From positions 372,001-436,000 of the forward strand of contig CBFFRQ010000019.1 of the NCBI GenBank assembly GCA_965644315.1: a DNA stretch of 64,000 nt. Direction: 5' to 3'. The notes beneath the pieces were generated by a model. The model ran no database searches. It worked only from the letters and a program-made list of their open reading frames with translations, and was not told where the DNA came from. The position numbers were made by a program, and so were the translations under genes. Shown piece after piece: positions 18,761 to 27,316 of this stretch; position 1 is the stretch's first letter, and every line of letters begins with the position of its first letter. Source of the stretch: Caecitellus pseudoparvulus. Taxonomy: Eukaryota > Protista > Bigyra: Bicosoecida.

Positions 18761-18793
18761 CTAGATAAAATATTTTTTCTTTAAACATATTTT
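18761..18793 (-). promoter_or_regulatory. 33-bp conserved upstream element, copy 3 (helicase)
   Basis: Exact match to copies 1 and 2. Confidence 0.8.
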
Positions 18794-18799
18794 TTTATT

Positions 18800-19415
18800 T
18801 AGATATTTTTTATTTTTAAAATTTTCTTAGATATTTTATCCTAGATATATTTTTATGATTTTCATATATGTAAATTTTAAAATGTGAGAGAATGTTTTTT
18901 ATTATATATTCGCACACACTCCACACACTATGTAGGATTTAGGGTTAAGGGATTAAGGGATAAGGGTTAGATTGGATTTAGGGTTATGTGATATATGAAT
19001 AAGTGATATTTTATGATGTTTTTTATTTTGGCTTTTCGTCTCCTTTGATTGTTTCTGGAATAGGTAGATTGGGTGGATGCTTGATTGCTTCAATTTTATT
19101 TTGATTGATTGTTGATGAAGTGTTAAGAAGAGTTTCAAAAAATATATATATATATATATTTATTATATTTTTTATATTATTTCTATTTATTGTAGTGATA
19201 ACCCTTAAGATAACCCTTATAAAATAGTAGTAAATAGTAGTATAAAAATGGTATCAAGGGTTTATAAGGGATTGTTTTTGTAGGGGTAGGGCTTAATAAG
19301 TGTTATAGATATAGTATAAATATATCTAAGAATGGTATTTATAGATTTTATCTAAGAAAACTATTTATAAATATATCTGTTTTTAGTCGCAAACTGCGGC
19401 AGCAGTTGAGACACA
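18800..19415. repeat. Non-coding terminal region of element A (candidate right TIR/origin) with telomere-like GGG repeats
   Basis: No credible ORF; TTTAGGG/TTAAGGG/ATAAGGG runs and TTGATTGATTG motifs that recur in the terminal region of element B. The partner TIR is not in the window. Confidence 0.5.
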
Positions 19416-19819
19416 CCGCACATACATACATTATGTATGTATTGTCCCCCATTCTTTTCTCTATATTTTCTAGCGTATTCCCTAACTGATTCTTTGTTTT
19501 TCATTCTGTAAGTTCTACAATAGTTTATATGCATTTGTTTTTGTTCCTTTCGTGTTCTTGTTGGTATAATTTTATTTACACATTCGGTATTTTCAATATA
19601 GTATCGCTCCCTTGCGTGTAATTCCTCTTTACTTTCACACGGAAAATTTTCAATTAAAATAATATCAAAATCGTCATAATCAACCAATTGTCTTGATGAG
19701 CAATTTTTTTTCGTTTTGTGTTGTGATTTTCTTTTGGATAGTCGCTGAGTAGTTGAACCAATATAAGTTAAACCACCACCAACAAGTTTATAAATTTTAC
19801 CATCTTTGTAATTTACCAT
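19361..19819 (-). pseudogene. GIY-YIG endonuclease, apparently truncated at its C-terminal zinc ribbon
   Basis: GKIYKL...YIGST...RKSQH...IENFPCESKEEL..RERYYIE...VNK. It ends CMCG and then runs into unrelated sequence instead of the usual His-containing ribbon half. Likely start is MVNYKDG at 19819. Confidence 0.75.
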
Positions 19820-20449
19820 TTTATTAATTATATCTATTTTCTTCTTTTTAAGTCTTTTTTTCATTTTCATTTTATGACGTCATCATCCGCTCACGACCTC
19901 CAGCCCACCGCGTGGGGCATCCTATGAGTTTTTTCTACGGTCTATATATACAAGCCCCCCACACACGCGAGAGCCGCGGAGGGCGGCACGACGGACAGCC
20001 GAAAGCGTCTCGCCCTGAGAGGCGTATTTCACCGTCGTTGGCGAGTCTGACGAAAAGTTAAGATTCCGAGAGTTTAGGGTTCTCTCGCACGTGTTTCGGA
20101 CACAAAGAGCCACCGAGAAAAAAATTCGGTGACTCGTTCGGAGCATCCTCAAAACGGAGGAGCAACGCATCACAAAGAATCGCTGATGCAATATGCTGTG
20201 ACGTCCCCTAAGATTCGCCCTAAACAAAAAACTGGTGGGTTAGCCCACGGTTTCAGCCCAATAAAAACTTACCGAAAACGTAAGGGCTGTTTTTTGTTTG
20301 AGGTTTTTCAAATTCCGCACGAGTCACAAAAAATAAAATGAAGCCCACATCAAGCCCTACAATTTCCGCATATTTTCAAATTCCGCATTGACTCGGAACA
20401 CATAAAAAAATCAAATTTGAACTTTTTTTACATACTTCAAAAAATATTT

Positions 20450-20479
20450 TAAGACAATAAAAAAATTTTTTTTGTCTTA
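20450..20479 (-). terminator. Hairpin downstream of the DUF5754-like gene B
   Basis: TAAGACAATAAAAAAA / TTTTTTTTGTCTTA near-perfect inverted repeat. Confidence 0.5.
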
Positions 20480-20537
20480 GAGAATTTTAAATTTTTTCCT
20501 CCAAAATTTTTTTTTCACAAGGCTTTTAGATTGAAAC

Positions 20538-20813
20538 CTAATTGAAGAACCTTTTATTATATGCATCTAAAGCATCCTTTAAATTGTCTTTTTCACCCCA
20601 TAACAAGAAAAAACTTAGGTATCCTGCTCGTTTAGGGTCTCGTGTTCCAAGGTCGCTAACGTGTCGTTTATGATAGTTTAGCCTTTTCTTTTTGTCTTTG
20701 TGGTCTATATATGTGTTTCCTCCTGCTTGTCCGAAATGTGTTTTAGTTCCATCATCAAATATAGCCGTAAATCTTTTATTCTTCCGTGTGCTGGGTATAA
20801 TATCTATAATCAT
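20538..20813 (-). CDS. DUF5754-like small basic protein B
   Basis: Clear ortholog of 2407-2703. Confidence 0.75.
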   Translation of the reverse strand: MIIDIIPSTRKNKRFTAIFDDGTKTHFGQAGGNTYIDHKDKKKRLNYHKRHVSDLGTRDPKRAGYLSFFLLWGEKDNLKDALDAYNKRFFN

Positions 20814-20830
20814 ATATTATATATTACATT

Positions 20831-22735
20831 TTAATTGCTGATTCTATCCATTTTATAAGTTATTTCAACGTCAATATTTTCATTTATATCACTTTTAACC
20901 GCCACATTCCACGTAGGAAAGTTGCCAGATGCTGAAACTGTCATAACCTTACTTAATGTAATTTGTCCGTAGTTTTTTGATGCCTCGGCCTCCATAAATA
21001 TACGCCCTATAGTTGTATCAATACCTGATGCAGAAGCAGGGGTAGTTAATCTACCAAATACAACGGCTGTTGTTTGTCCCGGGCCATCTATTACTAAATT
21101 AATAGTAGCACTTAAAATATATGTTCCTGTTTGGTATGATTCAACAGGGATAACAGTATCCATTACGAACGTTTTCCAAGTATTAGCGGTGAAAACATCA
21201 TTAAGAGCTATTTTATAACTTTGAAAATTTGCTGTTCTTGCTAATAATTGCCCGTAGTTTGTTGCGTGATATTGTGTTGTAGCATCTTTTAACCATTCAA
21301 TATTTCTATTGCCCATATCTAATTTAACATTTGTTTTAAGTTCTGAGTTAGTAACGGCGAAACGCTGAACCGCCCCCCCTGAATTATTACAATAAAAGGC
21401 GTGTTCGGAACTGCTCCCTCCGCTCATATTAACGTATCTTGTTTCGTTGCTTAATTGTTCTATCCAATATGAAACCAAAGAACCATCAGGGCGAATTAAC
21501 GTTAATTTATCGGCTTGAATCTCTCCTACATCTTCAATATTATTACCATTCAAATTTATATTATTTGTAAAGTTGCTCCCACCTGCGACACTATCAACAT
21601 AGGCTTTATTTGCTCCGTCAGTTCCTATTGTAGGTGTTGCCACATTTTCAATTTTATTATTATTCATATTTAATAGAGCTTCTATACTTGTGATTCCTGA
21701 AAATGTCTTATTTCCTGCTACGGTTTGATTTCCTGTAAGTTGAACGCAGGTATTAATTAAATCATCGACATAAGCTTTATTGGTTAAACAATCATCATTA
21801 TTGGCGGTGTCAGTTTGAAAAATACGACAACTAGGGGACAAATAAATAGCCCCTGTATTATAAAAATATGTTAGTTGTTTGTTTGGGTCGTTTCCGATTC
21901 TAAATTGTGCGGTTGTTGGGTTCTTAGATGATAAAGTTAAAATTTTATTATTATTATCTTGATTTAATAAAACCTCAGTTCCACCAAATAATAAATTTCC
22001 GTTAATATTTAATTCATCGTCGCCGTTATATGTTAAATCCATAGTTGTAGAGCCATTATTAAAAGTTAATGAAGGGTTAGAGGCTTTATTTAATGTTACC
22101 GTTTCATATGTTGGATTAGTTGGGGGTATGGGCGCAGGATTTCCAGCGTTACTATTACCCAATAACACATATAATTTATTATCACTCGTTTTTAATAATC
22201 CTCCTTGTGGTTCTTGTTCTTGCGTGGTTGCTACTTTTAAAGAAGCGTGTTTAAAACTTACGGTAATATTTGAAGTTCCGTTATTTTGCGCTCCAATATA
22301 TACATATCGTGCATTTGCTGGATAATCTAGACCGTCACCGTTAGCTTGAATATCGATTTTATTATCTTCATTTACAAGATTAAAAGGGAAACCAGAAGAA
22401 ATATAAGTATTATCCTTATCATAATAATCAACACGAATATTTAAATTTAATTCTTCCTCTTCTACTGTTTCCAATTCAACATAATAATTTAAATACATTC
22501 TATAATATGTCCCTTTGTTTGCTGGTAATAATAAAGCGTCTTGTATTGGTTGCGTTAAAAATAAGGTTTTATAAGTTGCATTGTTTGTTAATGTGTCAGT
22601 TGTTCCAAATGTTATGCCTGATGTGCTGATATAATTAAAAGCCTCTTGAAGTCGTGCTATGCTGTTATTTTGTGTTGGTTCATTATAAACCCCAGCATTC
22701 GCCATTTCGTAACGGTTATTAATTGCGTTAAACAT
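20831..22735 (-). CDS. Putative virion fibre/adhesin B
   Basis: Ortholog of 2722-4620 with the same neck-like motifs. Confidence 0.7.
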   Translation of the reverse strand: MFNAINNRYEMANAGVYNEPTQNNSIARLQEAFNYISTSGITFGTTDTLTNNATYKTLFLTQPIQDALLLPANKGTYYRMYLNYYVELETVEEEELNLNIRVDYYDKDNTYISSGFPFNLVNEDNKIDIQANGDGLDYPANARYVYIGAQNNGTSNITVSFKHASLKVATTQEQEPQGGLLKTSDNKLYVLLGNSNAGNPAPIPPTNPTYETVTLNKASNPSLTFNNGSTTMDLTYNGDDELNINGNLLFGGTEVLLNQDNNNKILTLSSKNPTTAQFRIGNDPNKQLTYFYNTGAIYLSPSCRIFQTDTANNDDCLTNKAYVDDLINTCVQLTGNQTVAGNKTFSGITSIEALLNMNNNKIENVATPTIGTDGANKAYVDSVAGGSNFTNNINLNGNNIEDVGEIQADKLTLIRPDGSLVSYWIEQLSNETRYVNMSGGSSSEHAFYCNNSGGAVQRFAVTNSELKTNVKLDMGNRNIEWLKDATTQYHATNYGQLLARTANFQSYKIALNDVFTANTWKTFVMDTVIPVESYQTGTYILSATINLVIDGPGQTTAVVFGRLTTPASASGIDTTIGRIFMEAEASKNYGQITLSKVMTVSASGNFPTWNVAVKSDINENIDVEITYKMDRISN

Positions 22736-22811
22736 ATCTATATAATTAACATATATTTTTTATTATTCAGTTAATACAAAATAATAAAATACTTTTTTAT
22801 AATTTAATTTT

Positions 22812-24584
22812 TTAAAGTAAGTTTTTTAAATAGTTTGAATTTTTACGCCGTCCTCCTGTGGTTATTCCTCCTCCTGCTGCTCCTCCTGTATTCTTACCAT
22901 ATCCTAAAACTTCAACAACATCGGCTGCCCTTTTGGCTCGGTCATCTCCTGAGGCTCTAGCAAGGCTTTTTCCTAATTTCGCCATTTCTTTCGTTACTGG
23001 AGATGAAGCAATTTTTTTTAATGTGCTGTTAAGTTTGCTCCAAAAATTAGACCCCCCAACATAACGTTTTAAGCTCATTGTGTCGCCTTGGACTGGTGCT
23101 TCTATAACTTCGCTTTCTGTTAATGGTGCGGTAGTAATTGCACTCTGTCCGCCTTTAGTTACAAAGAAGCCACTATTTACAGCAACTAAATATAAAATGG
23201 GGCTTGTTACTGCTTCCGCCTGTTGGTTTTTTACTTCGACATCAAATTGAAGCGTGTAATTTCCGCCCACACCTGACGCAGCGCCATTGTTTAGAGCGAA
23301 ATCGACCCCTGGGCGAACGACAAGGAAACCGCCAACTAGGGGAACTTCTACAGCTGTTCCATTACCGCTCCACGCTGTGCCGTCGTATGTGTTATAATCC
23401 ATATCTAAGCCGTTACGTTGTGACATATGGAATAATTGCTCTTTAGTCATACTGGACATAATACCGCTTACATTATCAAACTGCATACTAATTGATTGAA
23501 TAGGGAGATGATAATCACCGACTTTATTATCTGTAATGTTTGGTTTTACATAAATCAGCATTAAATCAGGAATTTGCGAAAGTGTCACAGTTTGACTTTT
23601 TAATTTTGCGGTTGCTCCTGCTCCAATTGTTACGCCTGTATTATTGCTCACAAAACGGGGGAATTCCATATATGGGACGATGTTCTGTTCAGGTAAAGGA
23701 ATAGATAAACTAGGAGTTCTAAAAACGCAATTAATACGAGGGTCAATAAATGGGTTACTTCCTGTAAATCTAACGGTTGAAATTTCTAAATCATCAGGAT
23801 TATAACAACGTAGAAGGCGTGAAGGGTCGCCGACATTTGCTTGAATACGAACATTATTAATGCCAAAAAGTCCGCAGGAGTCTTCCTCTGATTCATTCCA
23901 AATAAAGGGACTAACCATTAAATTTTCGGTGACGTCTAATTCAAAATATAAAACTTGCGTTCCGTTAGCGCCTTTAGCTGCGTCCCATACTGGTTGAGTG
24001 CCTAGGGGGTTACCATTTGCATCAACCCATTTAAACCCTGTAAATGCTCCGTTGGGTTGGTTATCATTTGAGAGGGCTGAACCGTAGCCATTTAATACGC
24101 TTGCTGGTTGGGTTTTACCATCATCATATTTTAAAAATTTATCAAGCATTACAGGGGTTGTTTTGCTTTTATGGTTATGTTTTGTTGCGGTGATTCTTTC
24201 CATTTCATATAAAATATCCCTTACGTTGCTTGTGGTGGTTGCATTATTAATAGTTGCGCTAAGTGTGGTAAATAGTGAATGTAAAGGATACGCACAAGAT
24301 GCTAAATGAACCCCATAATAAATCCCTATTACAGCTCCTGCGGCTCGTGCTACTGCTGTCGTTACCGTAAATTCGCCACGAATTTTGGTAGAAATTGGGA
24401 CTGGTCTATCCATAAATACGTTTTGATTTGGTGCGTTAATATTAAAAGCAAGAGCGGAAGAAGAGCTGTTATTAGCCTGAAATGAGGTATTTGAAACGCT
24501 TAAAGCTCCTTCATTTACTGCATATCGTGGGGTTGGTTGCACGATGCGAGCATCCATAATTTTAACTTTTTCTACTTGAGACAT
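22812..24584 (-). CDS. Virophage major capsid protein B
   Basis: Ortholog of MCP A (43 of the first 60 residues identical by hand count); RYVGG/SNFW maturation site. Confidence 0.93.
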   Translation of the reverse strand: MSQVEKVKIMDARIVQPTPRYAVNEGALSVSNTSFQANNSSSSALAFNINAPNQNVFMDRPVPISTKIRGEFTVTTAVARAAGAVIGIYYGVHLASCAYPLHSLFTTLSATINNATTTSNVRDILYEMERITATKHNHKSKTTPVMLDKFLKYDDGKTQPASVLNGYGSALSNDNQPNGAFTGFKWVDANGNPLGTQPVWDAAKGANGTQVLYFELDVTENLMVSPFIWNESEEDSCGLFGINNVRIQANVGDPSRLLRCYNPDDLEISTVRFTGSNPFIDPRINCVFRTPSLSIPLPEQNIVPYMEFPRFVSNNTGVTIGAGATAKLKSQTVTLSQIPDLMLIYVKPNITDNKVGDYHLPIQSISMQFDNVSGIMSSMTKEQLFHMSQRNGLDMDYNTYDGTAWSGNGTAVEVPLVGGFLVVRPGVDFALNNGAASGVGGNYTLQFDVEVKNQQAEAVTSPILYLVAVNSGFFVTKGGQSAITTAPLTESEVIEAPVQGDTMSLKRYVGGSNFWSKLNSTLKKIASSPVTKEMAKLGKSLARASGDDRAKRAADVVEVLGYGKNTGGAAGGGITTGGRRKNSNYLKNLL

Positions 24585-24635
24585 ATATATATAACTTTTA
24601 GAAAAAAAAAATATATATTATATATTAAAAAAAAT

Positions 24636-25754
24636 TTACTTTTTAGAAAATAATAATTTCATAGTTACATTTCCTAAATTACTTAATTTTATAGGTATTA
24701 GTTCCCCTGTTAATCTAGCTTTCCAAAATACATTTATATTTATGCTTCTTATAGTTTCTGAATTATTGGATAAGCTTATCCATCTTGGCGGACCTTGTGG
24801 AATGTAGCTTATAAATTGTTTATATTCGTATGCATCGTCAAGGGTTAGGGCTATATCTGTTATAATACTTTCATAATTACTGCTCGAATCTGTGGGGGTT
24901 GTTGTGTTACTGCTTCCAAAAGTTATAGGCTGGGCGACTCCTTCAGGAATAATTGGTAAAATTGAACTTGTAAAAACTAAAGAAGACACAGGCGACCAAT
25001 AAGAACCAAGGCTGATAGCCTCTTGCTCAACCTTTACATAATCTGTATTATCGCCCCCTATATCTAGCGTTACACTGTTTAACCCTGCGTTATTTCTTGG
25101 TAAAATTCTATATCTTTGGGCGTTGTTGCTGTCGTCTAAATCGTGAGGATAAAAGCCTATTAGGTTATATAAATTACTATTAAAATATATCTTTAATTTC
25201 AAGTCATCCAAAATATAAAAATCAAATTTCTTTTTTGAAGGTTCATAATTTAAAAATGATTTTTTTAAATCTGTAAATGTTGGGTCATCAATTTTAACCT
25301 GTGCGTTTATATCTGTTATAGCACTTGATAAAGCATTATTAATTAAGCTTACGAAATGTTCGTATGAATTACAATAATAATATTCATACTCCATTTTCTG
25401 CGTTGTGAATGGGTCATTTGGTGGGGTTTTGCTTGCGTCTTCAGGTTGCCATATTACGGCTTGTGTGCTTTCGTAAAGTGTTAAATTAGTGTGTAAATAA
25501 GCAATTTTGACAGAATAAACGGTTTTATTTGGGTTTGTTTGATTTGGTTCAATATGAGGAATAAATAAAGGTATATCTTGAACGCCATTCATAGTGAAAC
25601 GCATAACCGCCATTTTATATTTTGATATATCTCTTATTATCGGTTGGTCTCTTGTTTCGTTAAATGTTGCTCTAGGGTCATTTACTATCCCTTGGCTTGT
25701 TGTGCGACCGTTGATAATATCAATATTATAATAAATATTCTCTTCTTGATTCAT
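24636..25754 (-). CDS. Virophage penton protein B
   Basis: Ortholog of 6605-7741. Confidence 0.9.
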   Translation of the reverse strand: MNQEENIYYNIDIINGRTTSQGIVNDPRATFNETRDQPIIRDISKYKMAVMRFTMNGVQDIPLFIPHIEPNQTNPNKTVYSVKIAYLHTNLTLYESTQAVIWQPEDASKTPPNDPFTTQKMEYEYYYCNSYEHFVSLINNALSSAITDINAQVKIDDPTFTDLKKSFLNYEPSKKKFDFYILDDLKLKIYFNSNLYNLIGFYPHDLDDSNNAQRYRILPRNNAGLNSVTLDIGGDNTDYVKVEQEAISLGSYWSPVSSLVFTSSILPIIPEGVAQPITFGSSNTTTPTDSSSNYESIITDIALTLDDAYEYKQFISYIPQGPPRWISLSNNSETIRSININVFWKARLTGELIPIKLSNLGNVTMKLLFSKK

Positions 25755-25772
25755 ATATATAATAGTAATATT

Positions 25773-26357
25773 TTAATTTTTAATTTTAGTTATTAAATCG
25801 TGCGTTAATTTCGTGACTATATCGTCATAATCTTTCAAATATTTATTTTTTAATTCATTCAATAATTTAGAATATTTCTTTAATGGTAATTTATGAAATA
25901 TTAGCCGTGAGGCGGTGTGCCTTCCACAAGTTCCTATATCATCGCCTAATTTTTGGAATTTTTTATTATTATATTCTAAATTATATCCTGCTTCTTGAAT
26001 CATCTTTAATAATTTTGGTTCGGTTTGTCCTACTTTTTCGGCTACGTCTGGAGGTGTTCCTAAATTTTGGATTGATGAATCAGGGGGGAAGCCGTAAGGG
26101 TCAAAATATTCAATTGTATTATTTCGTTTTATTATGCATACCCAATGCCCCACTGTTTCGCTTTGTGTAAGATATAATAAAATACAACGCCCTAATTTAT
26201 CGAGTATTTCGTCAATATGTCTAAAATTATAAAGTTGATTATATGGGTATATGTTAGTATCAGGATTTAAAATATAATCTAAATCGTCATTACTTAAATA
26301 TTGAGCCTTTAAATATTCTCTAAATTCTTTATTTTTTTCTACATCTTCACCGTTCAT
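25773..26357 (-). CDS. Virophage maturation cysteine protease B
   Basis: GHW...YFDPYG...FQ...TCGRH. Confidence 0.92.
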   Translation of the reverse strand: MNGEDVEKNKEFREYLKAQYLSNDDLDYILNPDTNIYPYNQLYNFRHIDEILDKLGRCILLYLTQSETVGHWVCIIKRNNTIEYFDPYGFPPDSSIQNLGTPPDVAEKVGQTEPKLLKMIQEAGYNLEYNNKKFQKLGDDIGTCGRHTASRLIFHKLPLKKYSKLLNELKNKYLKDYDDIVTKLTHDLITKIKN

Positions 26358-26404
26358 TTTATATATATAATTATAAATATAAAATTAAATTTCAATTAAA
26401 ATTA

Positions 26405-27184
26405 TTAATCGGTATGGAGTAAATATGCACTGTTTGAAGATAATATAAAATTTGGATAAATACAAAAAACACAAGCCCACCTTCCCAATTTCTTTAATTG
26501 TTTTACTTGTTCTTTATCACAATTGCCATAATTTTGAAGTAAATATCCCAGTTGATGAGAGCTTGAGTTTTGAGGGAAAATTACAATATGTGTTGATTCA
26601 TTCAAAATTAAACGTGTTTTTTTATAGTTTGTTAAGTTGTGCGCTATATAGCAAAGGCTCATATTTTTATGACGCCCCATAATGCATATATCATCAATAA
26701 TTTTTAATACCTCGTTTAAAATTGGCTTTTCTAAAGTTTCAAAATCATCAAAAATATAAAAGCCTTCGTTATCTTCGTTGTTAATATCAAATGCTTGAAT
26801 AAAATCCTCAATATCGACCCTTGTTATAAAATCTAATTCATCCAGTGTTTCATCTTTCATAAGTTTTGAAATTAAATAAATTGGTAGTTCAGGATTTAAT
26901 CTATGATAATTATTTATTATTATTTTTGCTTGGTATGATTTACCAGAGCCAGAAGCACCAGCAATATAAAAAATATCACGTTTTCCTTTCTTTGTGTTGG
27001 GTAAAATATTATATATTAAATCCGCTGGTAAATCAATACGTTTTTTTCCGTGGTGTTTATCACTGAGACATAATAATTTATTAAAATTCTTGTTATTTTC
27101 ATCACCTTTAACTATTGCTACAGGATTAAAAGAACCCTTTTTAATTTTTGGGCTGTTATAGTCTAGCAATTCAAAGCCAACCAT
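26405..27184 (-). CDS. Packaging ATPase B
   Basis: GASGSGKS, YIFDD, MGRH. Confidence 0.92.
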   Translation of the reverse strand: MVGFELLDYNSPKIKKGSFNPVAIVKGDENNKNFNKLLCLSDKHHGKKRIDLPADLIYNILPNTKKGKRDIFYIAGASGSGKSYQAKIIINNYHRLNPELPIYLISKLMKDETLDELDFITRVDIEDFIQAFDINNEDNEGFYIFDDFETLEKPILNEVLKIIDDICIMGRHKNMSLCYIAHNLTNYKKTRLILNESTHIVIFPQNSSSHQLGYLLQNYGNCDKEQVKQLKKLGRWACVFCIYPNFILSSNSAYLLHTD

Positions 27185-27224
27185 TATATATTTATAGTTT
27201 ATATATTTTTTATAAATTTTTAAA

Positions 27225-27316
27225 AAAAAGATTTACAAAAAGTTAAAAAATGTTATTGTTTTAGTGTAGGCTTAGCGGTGGGTTAAATAGTTTTTCAACT
27301 TTTTGTAAAACTTTTT
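27225..27316 (-). terminator. Long inverted repeat orthologous to 9203-9296
   Basis: AAAAAGATTTACAAAAAGTTAAAAAA pairs with TTTTTCAACTTTTTGTAAAACTTTTT. Confidence 0.65.

Larger units (their letters stand above)
1..19415 (-). mobile_element. Endogenous virophage element A (left end outside the window; right end inferred near 19,415)
   Basis: AT-rich intronless block with all four virophage core genes (MCP, penton, cysteine protease, FtsK/HerA ATPase), plus PolB, SF3 helicase and an integrase-like chromodomain C-terminus. A ~600-bp non-coding terminal region lies at 18.8-19.4 kb. Confidence 0.9.

Noticed and set aside
18750-18788. ORF-track start of the helicase at 18788
   Set aside because: It lies inside the conserved 33-bp upstream element; the ATG at 18749 has the same spacing to that element as the other two genes.
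18938-18986. True chromosome telomere or interstitial telomeric array
   Set aside because: Only a few degenerate units of mixed length embedded in viral DNA; kept only as a G4/terminal motif.
19380-19410. Helitron-like 3' end (hairpin followed by CTAA on the minus strand)
   Set aside because: The hairpin is only 6 bp, its spacing to CTRR is too short, and there is no Rep/helicase gene; better explained as the terminus of element A.
19922-20341. ORFs 19922-20227 (-) and 20129-20341 (+)
   Set aside because: Non-ATG starts, no motifs, and composition unlike either viral or host genes; more plausibly regulatory DNA.
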